64,000 nt of DNA from Eledone cirrhosa (lineage: Eukaryota): NCBI GenBank assembly GCA_964016885.1, contig OZ024743.1:172670001-172734000 (forward strand). Reading direction: 5' to 3'. This document shows, one piece after another, positions 26,117 through 36,914 of this stretch; position 1 is the stretch's first letter; the number at the start of each line of letters is the position of its first letter. The notes below the pieces were generated by a model, which had not been told where the DNA came from, ran no database searches, and saw nothing but the letters and a program-made list of their open reading frames with translations. The translations under genes and the position numbers were made by a program.

Positions 26117-28463
26117 TGTAGCAAGAGTTGCCTCCCTTGTTGTGACGATCACATCACCAATAGATTACTGCTCTCTAGACAGGAAGTAGCTGGAGTTACT
26201 TCCCGTTGGGGTGACAACCCTTTTTGTCACTTCCGGCTTGAGACCCTATAAAAGAGATACTCAGAGCGATCTCTCTCATTTGCCTTTTCGGCTTCTGGCC
26301 TTCTAACCTGCCTGGCCCTTCGGCCAGGCACGTTCGACTGGCAACCCTAACATGGTCTCTTGCGAGCTAACTTCAAAACGGTAACAAATAACTTTACTTC
26401 ATTCTTTCATCTATTCATTGACATGTCAGCTATACTATTCTACATAACTTCAACTTGTTAATTAAACTTTATACACACAACCAAGCATCTTTGTTATATT
26501 CATACACAATAGTACATTATTATAATTGGTGATCCCGAATAGAAAAGAAAAAAAGTAACAGAATCTGGTGTTGTGTGAATATATATAAAAAAATGAATTA
26601 GCAGTACCCCATTTTCGTTGGAATGTGTCGACCAACATTTCGAATACGCAGTAAACTTTATTAACGAACTAGGAAAAATACTCAGACATAGAAACGAACA
26701 CACGCACATGTGAAATTCTCGTTCAGACAGACTTTTCTTCTCTCACCTAACGTGATACATTTTTTTTCGGACTAAGAAATTCCTCCGACCTCCTTAGACA
26801 AGGATTTCTCTCCGCATACACTGTCTTATAACGAACACATCAGAAAAGAAATTTTTTCTAAACAAGAAAAATAAACAGATAATTTTGCCTTTCACGTACA
26901 TCAACTAAGTGTCGCATTTCACTGAATGTATATATATGTTTTTCGTTTCTTCTTACAACGAACATTAATAAAAAAAAAAAAAAAAGAAATTTGATTTTTT
27001 TTTCACACATTTCAACATGAACATTTATTTTCGCTGAATCTCAACTATTGCTTATTCTTTCCGCCAAGCATTTTTCATCGTTCACAAAAAAGTTGAACTC
27101 GCCATATTTGTTATACCAAGTGAAGCCTTTCTTTCTTTTTCATCATATTATCACGTTCCCACACAAATTTTTCAAAATGGCTGCCAACGACCTGTTGCAC
27201 TATCATTTTCGCGCCATTTTCTCGCGCAAATAAATTTTTTTTTTTTCTTCTCAACTTGACTTTAACCTTGTTTCGGCACGTGTGGGGAGCACACATCTCG
27301 ACTCACTGAGATAACACACGCCATAGATAATGTTTCTTGCCAAGGATTCTTCAGCCTTAAGCTATATTCTCCTATTTGCCGGTTTAAAAATTTACCACGT
27401 AAATTTGCCGTTGAAAACTGTGCATTTATTCAGAATGCTTATATCTTTGGTCGCTGGCTCTTGACCCTTCCAGGTCAACGCATTCTCAACATCGACCATC
27501 AACTTTGGCTGTTATTTCTAGCACTTTGCGCAACTCATTTTTTCGGGGAAAATGTTTACTGTGAATTTAAACATCGAATACGCTCACTCCGCGAGACAAC
27601 AACGCAGTTTCATCAATAACCAAAACCAGCAGAACAAGCCAGAGAATTTATTTTTGCAGCACTCTTCCTGTGAGAAAATCCCTTCGGAGGTTGGAAATTT
27701 CACGTTATACCACAGACCAGAAACCACCTGCATACATTCTCTGGAACACACTTTCTTTCCTGTTGTCATGTGATTGTACCCATGTGAACTGTATTTTGAA
27801 CATTTGAACTTTGATCTTTTCTTTTACTATCTTTGAGTGATGGATAGATAGATGTTCAGTCGTTCTCTGGCCAAGAGCGGTTGGCTACCTTGATATCTAT
27901 CATTGATTTTTGCATGCATATATTTTGCTGTTTTTCTTTTATTGCAAACATTATTTTTTTCGTAATTTTCATGCCTGGACTTCGGTGTTACAACATTCTC
28001 GCCATCTTACTTCATACATGGTTCATTCGATTTTTATGTTTTAAAAATCTGGCGGGAGATGATGTAGCAAGAGTTGCCTCCCTTGTTGTGACGATCACAT
28101 CACCAATAGATTAACGCTCTCTAGACAGGAAGTAGCTGGAGTTACTTCCCGTTGGGGTGACAACCCTTTTTGTCACTTCCGGCTTGAGACCCTATAAAAG
28201 GGATACTCAGAGCGATCTCTCTCTCATTTGCCTTTTCGGCTCCTGGCCTTCTAACCTGCCTTGGCCCTTCGGCCAGGCGCGTTCGACTGGCAACCCTAAC
28301 ATGGTCTCTTGCGAGCTAACTTCAAAACGGTAACAAATAACTTTACTTCATTCTTTCATCTATTCATTGACATGTCAACTATACTATTCTACATAACTTC
28401 AACTTGTTAATTAAACACACAACAGAGCATCTTTGTTATATTCATACACACCAGTATTTTATA
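26117..28463 (+). mobile_element. Non-autonomous LTR retroelement nested in the Gypsy protease gene
   Basis: Two ~400-bp near-identical LTRs (26117-~26524 and 28063-28463) start TGTAGC. PBS TGGTGATCCCGA at 26527, purine tract GGCGGGAGATGA at 28051, 4-bp TSD GATT. The ~1.5-kb interior has no coding ORF. Confidence 0.92.
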
Positions 28464-29132
28464 GATTTGTCCATATGTAGGAATAGCAGAATGGTTGACG
28501 GCTTGTAGCGAAATCTGTGAGGGGGAGGTTTTTTAGTGTTTTTGCCTACTATAGAAAATAAATAGTTTGGCCATTTTACTATTTTATTTACTCCAATTTA
28601 GAAATAGTATCAGAAGGCGTTAGGCTGCGTTTAATGTCAATTGGATTGGAACAACAAGATCTAGTCGCAACAGTATGAACACAGAATATTTATTTATTGA
28701 AGAACATATTTTTCAATCGTGTTTGTGAATGTGAACAAGCAGAATACATTTGGACTTGTTAAGAGTACAAGGGTGTTTGCGGATAATACAATGTTACCTC
28801 TCCTGGTTGTCAAGACATTATGGATGTCTAATATCCAGTTGGTAGATTAAACATAGCACTCTCTGTTTAGCCATATTTCGTGCCACGTGTCGCATGTTGA
28901 GGACAGCAAATTATTACGTGTTTCTGGTCTGAAACTATCCGCTCTACTACTTGCTTTCGATTTTGGCCCAATGCATTACTCATCCGATAGATAGCTGTAT
29001 CGGATCGTTAACTGGCTAATATTTAGGCGAGGTGAGTTAGTGCAACAGGGATCAACGCGTGTAAATTGACCTATTTATCTGTTCACTACAGTTTCTCTCT
29101 CAAAAGCATCAATGGTCAAATGCTGCACGACG

Positions 29133-29835
29133 CTATTGCAATGTTGAAGGTCGAAAATGATGATGTGACAATTGCGAACGATTTCGCGACCATTGTCGGG
29201 GAGATTGTGACCTGGAGAAGCGTAGGAGTTGCACCTCTCTTGTTAATTCTCGAATGGCCTTAAGCGTTGCCTCAGTGGACAATGTAGCATTTGTAGATAC
29301 CGATGCGACTGGCGAAGATGAAGAAGAATTTGCCGCGAGTCGCGTCGGGGTAGAAGTGGTAGAGTTGCCGGTATAGTCTACGATCTTATCGGCGGACGAA
29401 GCTAGTTGATCCGCCGAACTAGTCTCCATCATCGCTGCCAAAATGGCCTGCACATAAGGTGGCAGCCTTGAGAAAAACAACTGCTTTATCATTACGCTGT
29501 CTGCCGGTGAATCTTCTACAAGCTCTCTCATTCTACGCAAGAGCTATGTAGGCCGACGATCGCCAAGATGCTTATCGTTTACCAAAGAACCTCTTTTCAA
29601 CTGAAATCGAAGTACGCTGAAGAATTTCTTTCTTTACGCTGTTGTAAGTTGCTTCAGGCGACGGGTCAGTGATTAAATCCTTAACAACTGGCGTTAATGA
29701 AACAGGAATGGCACTGAGTAAAAGATGGAGCTGTCGAGTATCCGAAGATATATTATTGGCCAGAAAATAAGATTCCAATTGTGCGTGTCAAATTTGGACG
29801 TCTCCAATATACATTGGTAGAGAGTTGCTTCCCAT
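29133..29835 (-). pseudogene. Gypsy gag remnant
   Basis: Fragments AQLESYFLANNI, YNSVKKEILQRT, LGDRRP, KQLFFSRLPPYVQAIL and QLASSADKI, with stops and frameshifts. Confidence 0.85.
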
Positions 29836-31654
29836 TGTTAATGATATTGTAAGGGTCGCTTCCCTTGGTAGATAAAAAAGAGGAGAACGAACGTTCTTTT
29901 ATTTCACTGCTAAACAACTCCTCGTGTGCAATAATGTCAAAAATCGTCTTAATAATCTATCCGTGTGCGATATTGCCACTGGTCACGTATCAATATCAAT
30001 TTTCGCGCAAACAAAGATTTTCGGATTCTGTTGTTTTAAAACAAACAGTTGCTGCTTTGACGCTATTTTCTTTTCAGTGTCAACAACTCGCCAACATGTA
30101 ACGATAATCAAGAAATATCGATCCTGTCTGCTAAGGACCGCCTTTCTTTACCTCCCTCCTATCTCTCAATTTTGCCTGTTCCTTAATAATGGCATGCCAA
30201 GCGCAACTTTTGTAATCGGCTCGTAAGCAAATAATGTAAAAATGTCATTGAGCGCCGCAACGCTTCCACCACTGGAACTGACATTGAAAGAATTCTTCTT
30301 CCAATTCATTTATCATCAATTTTGTTTGTTCTTCCATTTGACACATAAACCCAACACTAATTTGTCATCACTTCGGTTGCAAATAAACAATGTAAAATAT
30401 CATAAGGTCATTTTTACCACATTTGTTTCCATTGAAATACACCAATTGGATAGGGAGAGAGAGAGAGAGTTTGTCACTCAAGGTTGTAAGTCTGGAGCGC
30501 ACACACACTGCACATGTTCAAACCAAAACGAAAGCACGAGAACAGACAAACAAGAAGGTGAGACGCCATTTTAAAAATAAGTTTTGTGTCCCGAAATTGC
30601 GCGAAAAGACCATGAAGAAGGCAAAGTAGGCAGCCATATTGAATGAGAATTCCATGTGCAAAGAAAAATTGTTCGTTGTTGCTTATTAATAACAACAGGT
30701 TGACCTTCTTCTTTTGCAGCAACAGGCTTCTGACATCCATGTATAAATAATTATATTTTTAATCCTCAATTCGATATAAACACATTTATTGTTTGAAGGC
30801 TGAATTTATATACACTCAGGAAGATATAAAGAAATGAAAGCAATTACTGGTTGAAGCTAAGCAGATATTTCCTATAACAAAACAGGAAACGCTGAATATC
30901 TCATGTTGATAACATACCATAATAGAACAATTCCCAAGATGTCGAAAACATCTCGTTGATAAATATTTAGTTCCTCTTCACAGGAAAATATGAGGAATAT
31001 ATAGGAGCTACTCCGTAGTACTTCTTATCATCTCTCTGGTGAGCTAGGAAGTTTTACGAGGAGGAGGCGACAGTGTATTCAATCGTGATCTAATACGATT
31101 GTTTAACCAAATCACATACAAAATATTGTTATTGCAAGGTATGAAGTAGTTCCGCTACATAACAAGAGAATAAAATAAAACCCAAGAAATAAATAGATAG
31201 AAAATAGGAGAAAAAAAGCCCAAAGTATATAGAAAATTAAGATTCACAAAGAATGAAAAGTTCAAACAACTGAGATTAACTTTGCCTTTCATCCCTACGG
31301 GGTCGATAAAATAAAGTACCAACAATGTACTGGGTAATTTGCTAGCCTTGTGCCAATAGTAGAAACAATTATTATTTTATATCAGTTCTCCATGGTGGCA
31401 TGGGTTTGAGTAGGTTGTGACAATGTGAAAATGGATGGATTGGGTGGACTATGTTTTGCTCATATATTCCGAGAAATTCTTTGTCAAAACACTAAAAAGG
31501 TATTTTAAGATGTATATTGAACATCTAAATGTTAAAATAAAGATCGACATATCTCTCTCTCTAAGAGATGTCAACATGACTGGACCTATTATTTTTATCT
31601 AAAGACATTTTTTCCTATTCCAACCCGCCCGTTCCCTCAATCTATCTTATTTCT

Positions 31655-31790
31655 CATTCTTTCTTCTCATGAAGGACTAGCGTCCGAAACGTTAAGACCC
31701 TCTTCCTGCTATATCAAGCGTTAACCTAATATATACCTTCCATATACTGTACCGATTGTGTTGTTATTTCTGTTTACCTTTTACATATAT
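31655..31790 (+). mobile_element. Possible Penelope-type terminal remnant with a variant hammerhead motif
   Basis: CTCATGAA GGAC TAGC GTCC GAAAC GTTA: a good stem II and GAAAC, but a non-canonical core. Confidence 0.35.
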
Positions 31791-31794
31791 ACAT

Positions 31795-34700
31795 ATACAA
31801 AAAACGATGTTATAAGCTTTTCTGGGTGGGAAACGACGATGGGCTGGGTGGAGTAGGAATCATGGTAGCAGAAAAGTGGGCAGATAAGATAATAGACGTA
31901 AATAGAGTGACCGACAGAATAATTAAAATACGACTTGTCCTCAATAGAACTACGGTGACAGTAATATCTGCGTACGCACCCCAATCCGGACTGCCCGGCA
32001 CTATAAAAGACAGATTCTATGAGACACTGATGCTAACTACCTCCCAAATATCCGACAGTGACTATATAATTATCGCAGGCGACCTAAATGGTCACGTTGG
32101 ACAACATTGTGACGGCTACGACGAAATCCATGGAGGCTATGGGTTTGGTACTAGAAATGAGGAAGGCTCCAGAATCCTGGAATTCTGTGATGCAAATAAC
32201 CTAACTATCTGTAACACTAACTTCAAAAAACGTGACAATCACTTGATCACCTATAGATCCGGGGAACACACAAGCCAGGTAGATTATATCCTTACCAGAA
32301 GACGTGACAGAGTGTCTGTTGTAAACACTAAATCCCTCCCCCATGAAGAATGCACCTCCCAACATAGACTGATAATTAGCGACCTCATAGTCAGGACGAG
32401 ACGTACTCGACAACAGAAGAGGACTATCCTCAGGAGGAAAATATGGAAGCTAAAGGACCCCACAGCCAGGAATAAATTTCAAAGCATATTACTTGATGCT
32501 TTCGACAGTAAGGAAGAACATTTAGAGTCGGACAATATAGAGGGAGAGTGGGAATTTCTGAAAGCAAACCTGCTGTTGGCGACAGACGAAGTCTGTGGCT
32601 GGAGCAGGCCTGTAGGCAGGAGGAGAGTAACATGGTGGTGGAACAGTAAGGTGGAGGGGTCAATTAAGGCCAAAAAGCAGGTTTGGAAAGTATGGCGGGA
32701 TGGGGGAAGTAGAGAGGACTATCAAGTGGCCAGGAGGGAAGCTAGGAGACAAGTGTACTTAGCAAGAAGGGAAGCTGAGGAAAGAAAGTTCAAGCATGTT
32801 CTACAACGCGATGACCAAAAACGTGAGGTGTTCAGGATTGCTAGGCAATGCGTCAAGGAAAACCGTGATATTGTCGGGGAGAAGTGTGTACTAAACGACG
32901 ATGGCACACTTGCCATCACCGACGCTGATAAGAAGGTAGCTTGGAAGTGTCACTATGAAAGGCTACTAAATGAGGAGAATAATTGGGAGAAAGGCAGTCT
33001 CCCCCATATCGACCCAATAGAGGGACCAGCAGTGTTAGTCGAGGGGAGTATAATAAGTAAGGCAATCAAGGATATGAAGACGGGTAAGGCGGCTGGGCCT
33101 TCGGAAATAGTTGCTGAGATGCTGAAGGCATCTGGCACGGTGGGACACACCATGGTCACCCGCATAGTTAACCAAGTCGTACAGAATGGGGTTGTTCCGA
33201 AGGACTGGCATAGCAGCATCATCGTTAACTGTTATAAGGGTAAAGGAGACGCCCTAGATAGGAGTAACTATAGAGGCATTAAATTAATCGACCAGGTCAT
33301 GAAGGTCACGGAAAAAGTAATAGCGCAACTAATCAGAGAGAGAATTGACCTAGATGAAATGCAGTTCGGGTTTGTGTCAGGCAAAAGTACCACAGACGCT
33401 CTTTTCATAGTACGACAACTACAGGAGAAGTACCTAGCTAAAGGTAAACCCCTCTACTTAGCTTTTGTCGACTTGGAGAAAGCCTTCGACAGAGTCCCCC
33501 GCTCCATTATCTGGTGGGCTCTTAGAAAACTAGGCGTTGACGAATGGCTTGTGAGGGCTATACAAGCCATGTATAAAGAAACAGTCAGCAAGGTTAGAAT
33601 TAACAACGAATATAGTGAAGAGTTTAGCGTAAAAGTTGGCGTCCATCAGGGCTCTGTTCTCAGCCCACTACTATTTATTATTGCCCTTCAGGCTATAACA
33701 GAGGAGTTCAAGACAGGCTGCCCATGGGAACTCCTATACGCAGACGACCTGACACTCATAGCGGAATCAATGGCCGAGCTAGAGAAGAAATTCCAAACAT
33801 GGAAGCACGGCCTAGAGTCAAAAGGACTTAAAATTAACCTGGCTAAGACCAAAGTACTAGTTTGTAGGAAAGAAAACAAGGCGGCGATCCCTTCTGGGAA
33901 ATGGTCGTGCTCGGTGTGTAGGAAAGGCGTAGGTAGAAACTCCATTTTATGTCCTAAATGCAAAGTATGGGTGCATAAAAGATGTAGTGGGATCACAGGT
34001 AAGCTAACTAAGAACATAGATTTTACATGTGGCCGGTGCTCTGGTGCAATAAGTAGCAGCAAGTGCCCACAAGCTACTAGCTCTTTCAATTGCGCAGAGG
34101 GTTCTATAGAAATAGTGGACAGCTTCCGTTACCTGGGCGATAAAATCAGCAGTGGGGGAGGGTGCTCTGAAAGTACAGTAGCTAGAGTCAGAACTGGATG
34201 GAAAAAGTTCAGAGAGCTTATACCACTATTAGCCGCTAGAGGGTTCTCCCTAAAAATGAAAGGCAGGTTATACGATGCCTGCATACGAACAGCAATGCTG
34301 CATGGCAGTGAGACCTGGGCATTGTGTGCAGAGGATATACGCAGACTAGAGAGGAACGAAGCTTGCATGCTCCGCTGGATGTGTAACAGTAATATACGTG
34401 AACGGCAAAGCATAAACGAACTAAGGAAAAAATTAGAGATAAGAGGGATCAGATGTTGTTTACTCGAGAGAAGGCTACGTTGGTATGGACACGTGATGCG
34501 CATGAAAGTCGATAGCTGTATAACAAAGTGCAGGGCAATAAAGATAGACGGTAGTCACGGAATAGGCAGACCTAGAAAAACCTGGGACGAGCTGATAAAC
34601 TCCGACATCACACACTTACACCTCTCCAAGACAATGTCACTGGACCGAGACCTTTGGCGGTACTCAGTAACAGAGAAGACCCGCCTTACCTAAATATATA

Positions 34701-35093
34701 GTAAAACCTACTCCAGCCAGTAGGCATCCCTAGCAAAATACACCCCGCCCCACCACCCCCACCCCTACCCCATCCACACCACCCCGTTCTATGTAAAGTT
34801 ATGTTGGTGCCGCGCCATCGAGGCCGAAACAAATGAGATCGTGTAGGTGTCACGACAAAAAAACACACAGTCCACGCTGTAAATGTGGCCGTGTAGGCAA
34901 CACGGTAAAAACCTCCCAGACCCACACTGTAAATGTGGTTGGTGTTAGGAAGGGCATCCAACTGTAGAAAACCTGCCAGACAGTCCTATGCGAGCAAGAC
35001 AATCACTCTTGCCTCAAGTGGGACTACCCCCGTCCAAACCCATGCAAGCGTGGAACACGGACGTTAAACGTTGATGATGATGATGATGATGAT
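31795..35093 (+). mobile_element. Near-full-length RTE LINE, slightly 5'-truncated, with 3' UTR and (GAT)n tail
   Basis: One uninterrupted ORF. It lacks the extreme APE N-terminus (TLNV and EVRW motifs) that the copy at ~19060-19160 retains. Confidence 0.95.
31826..34693 (+). CDS. RTE polyprotein: APE endonuclease, reverse transcriptase, PHD-type zinc finger
   Basis: AYAP, GDLNGHVG, SQVDY and SQH (APE); NYRGIKL, QFGF, FVDLEKAFD, GVHQGSVLSP, YADD and FRYLG (RT); C4HC3 at 33908-34039. The listed start is not the native start codon. Confidence 0.95.
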   Translation: MGNDDGLGGVGIMVAEKWADKIIDVNRVTDRIIKIRLVLNRTTVTVISAYAPQSGLPGTIKDRFYETLMLTTSQISDSDYIIIAGDLNGHVGQHCDGYDEIHGGYGFGTRNEEGSRILEFCDANNLTICNTNFKKRDNHLITYRSGEHTSQVDYILTRRRDRVSVVNTKSLPHEECTSQHRLIISDLIVRTRRTRQQKRTILRRKIWKLKDPTARNKFQSILLDAFDSKEEHLESDNIEGEWEFLKANLLLATDEVCGWSRPVGRRRVTWWWNSKVEGSIKAKKQVWKVWRDGGSREDYQVARREARRQVYLARREAEERKFKHVLQRDDQKREVFRIARQCVKENRDIVGEKCVLNDDGTLAITDADKKVAWKCHYERLLNEENNWEKGSLPHIDPIEGPAVLVEGSIISKAIKDMKTGKAAGPSEIVAEMLKASGTVGHTMVTRIVNQVVQNGVVPKDWHSSIIVNCYKGKGDALDRSNYRGIKLIDQVMKVTEKVIAQLIRERIDLDEMQFGFVSGKSTTDALFIVRQLQEKYLAKGKPLYLAFVDLEKAFDRVPRSIIWWALRKLGVDEWLVRAIQAMYKETVSKVRINNEYSEEFSVKVGVHQGSVLSPLLFIIALQAITEEFKTGCPWELLYADDLTLIAESMAELEKKFQTWKHGLESKGLKINLAKTKVLVCRKENKAAIPSGKWSCSVCRKGVGRNSILCPKCKVWVHKRCSGITGKLTKNIDFTCGRCSGAISSSKCPQATSSFNCAEGSIEIVDSFRYLGDKISSGGGCSESTVARVRTGWKKFRELIPLLAARGFSLKMKGRLYDACIRTAMLHGSETWALCAEDIRRLERNEACMLRWMCNSNIRERQSINELRKKLEIRGIRCCLLERRLRWYGHVMRMKVDSCITKCRAIKIDGSHGIGRPRKTWDELINSDITHLHLSKTMSLDRDLWRYSVTEKTRLT

Positions 35094-35094
35094 A

Positions 35095-35230
35095 TATATC
35101 AACTAGAAATTGATTGACATATCTAAAATAAACATATGAAACAATCACAGGGAATAATGTGATTGTTTCATATGTTTATTTTAGATATATATATATATAT
35201 ATATATGTCAATCAATTTCTAGTTGATATA
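35095..35230. repeat. Inverted repeat with ~55-bp arms and an 8-nt loop; one arm has a (TA)n expansion
   Basis: TATCAACTAGAAATTGATTGACAT...AATCACA GGGAATAA TGTGATT...ATGTCAATCAATTTCTAGTTGATA. Confidence 0.88.
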
Positions 35231-35339
35231 AGATGCTCAGATCTATTCATTGGAATCTTTGAGCTTATTCTACAGTGGATATAGCGCATGTCTCTCGGAC
35301 ATGACACCCTTAATTTAATTTTGGATATATATATATATA

Positions 35340-36197
35340 CAGGGTGCGGACGATATTTGTTCGCAATTTTCAACTGCTAATTTTATGCAAATTTTCTTTA
35401 CTTCCGTTGTCACTCTTGTCTTCATAAAAACAGTGACTATATTTCCATTATTTATTTTCAGAATAATTGATTATGAATAATTTTGAACCTCCAAATTTGT
35501 GGATGAAAGACGGAGTTCTTCTTGGAATCCGCGCCGGGAGGACAAATAAGACCAGAAGATCAACTCCCAGAACAACAGGTGGCTCACTGTCTCATCCAAA
35601 GACGTGCCCAGAGTTATGCAGACAAAGTTTCCAGCGGACAACATTGGTCTTAGGTGTCGTCAGCAGTCAAGGTGACGTCATACCACCTCACTTCTTCCCT
35701 GAGGGCGTCAAGCTGAACACCGATGGCTACATCCGCATTCTGAGCGACGTAGTAAAGTCGTGGATCGACCAGGTAGCTGCAGGTAGGCCGTACGTGTAGC
35801 AGCAAGACTCAGCGCCCTGCCATACCAGCTGAAAGACCCAAGCCTGGCTGAGAGAGAACTTCACCGGACATATGGCTTCCGAGCTCGCCTGACTGCAACC
35901 TCCTCGACTTCTTTGTGTGGGGCGCAGTGGAACGAGACACCAACAGATCAAGCTGCAATATGAAAGACGATCTGAAGGCCAGGATCACAAGTGCCTAAGT
36001 CGGGAGACAGTGACGAAGGCCTGCAGCCGGTTCCGAAGCCGTCATCAAAGCCAATGGTGGGTTTATTGAGCGAGATCGAAAGAACAAGTCATGAAGACAA
36101 ACTGACCCATGTTTAATAAATAAATCTTAAAAAATAAAACTACTGTGTTATTTTTTCCTAGACAGTAATATTGCGAACAAATATCGTCCACACCCTG
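35340..36197 (+). mobile_element. Internally deleted Tc1/mariner DNA transposon (maT/DD37D-like)
   Basis: 28-bp TIRs CAGGGTGCGGACGATATTTGTTCGCAAT (one mismatch) with a TA TSD. Transposase remnants VLGVVSSQG, PPHFFPEG, QQDSAPCHTS and SPDCNLLDFFVW. Confidence 0.92.
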
Positions 36198-36723
36198 TAT
36201 ATATATTGCTAGTTACTGTGTTGTTTATCCATAAGAGTTGTGTTATAAAGTCTTGTTGATAAACAGGTAAGAGCACTCCATGTCAGTTGTATCTATCTAG
36301 CTTAAAGATAATGATCGAATGTAATGGAGTTACCTTGAGTGAAATAAACATTAAAACAGAAGTGACATAATCATATTTATTATATGTACTAGCTGGTCCC
36401 GTCCCGTCAAAAGTGACAGTTAATTGTAATATCTATATCATAACTTATGATATAAAAAAGAGATGTTTGTTTGTTTGTTGGTTGGTTCATTCCTTTGCTC
36501 TTACTCACATAAGTGATACAAACACATATATACTCACACAAATATTATATATAAATATAATTTACATATACACACACACAAACACTTATATAATCATAAC
36601 AGCCAATGTGTGTAGCCAATTCGCTATACACGGTGTAGTGAATATTATATGCTGCCACCCCTTCCTTCCTCAATCAGCTCTAGTGTGTAACGGACAAATA
36701 CACATTGGCTTTTATTATATTAC

Positions 36724-36914
36724 AGGGCGGTGGATTGGCAGTATCGGTAGAGGGTCGGACGCCATGCTTTGATGCATAGAGTTACGGTCCTTGCCATTCT
36801 GAGTTCAAATCCCGCCGAGGTTAACTTTGCCTTTCATCCTTACGGGGTTGATAAAATAAAGTACCAGTAATGCACTGGATAATTGCTGGCCTTGTGCCAA
36901 AAGTAGAAACAATT
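36724..36914 (+). mobile_element. SINE family B copy with TSD ATTATATTAC
   Basis: Full ~190-bp copy with B box GAGTTCAAATCC and a flanking direct repeat. Confidence 0.88.

Larger units (their letters stand above)
22747..31159 (-). mobile_element. Decayed Ty3/Gypsy LTR retrotransposon
   Basis: Order gag-PR-RT-RH-IN on the minus strand. Direct repeats at 22747-23095 and 30834-31159 begin TGTA on the minus strand, with a purine tract (GCAAAGGGTGA) before the 3' LTR. The 3' LTR looks truncated; the 5' LTR may reach ~29866. Confidence 0.92.

Noticed and set aside
32201-34961. Antisense ORFs over RTE, Gypsy and Helitron coding regions throughout the window
   Set aside because: They are shadow frames of transposon ORFs.
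36724-36815. tRNA genes at the heads of the SINEs
   Set aside because: Only A/B-box-like motifs are present and I could not form a cloverleaf. They are followed by SINE bodies and TSDs.
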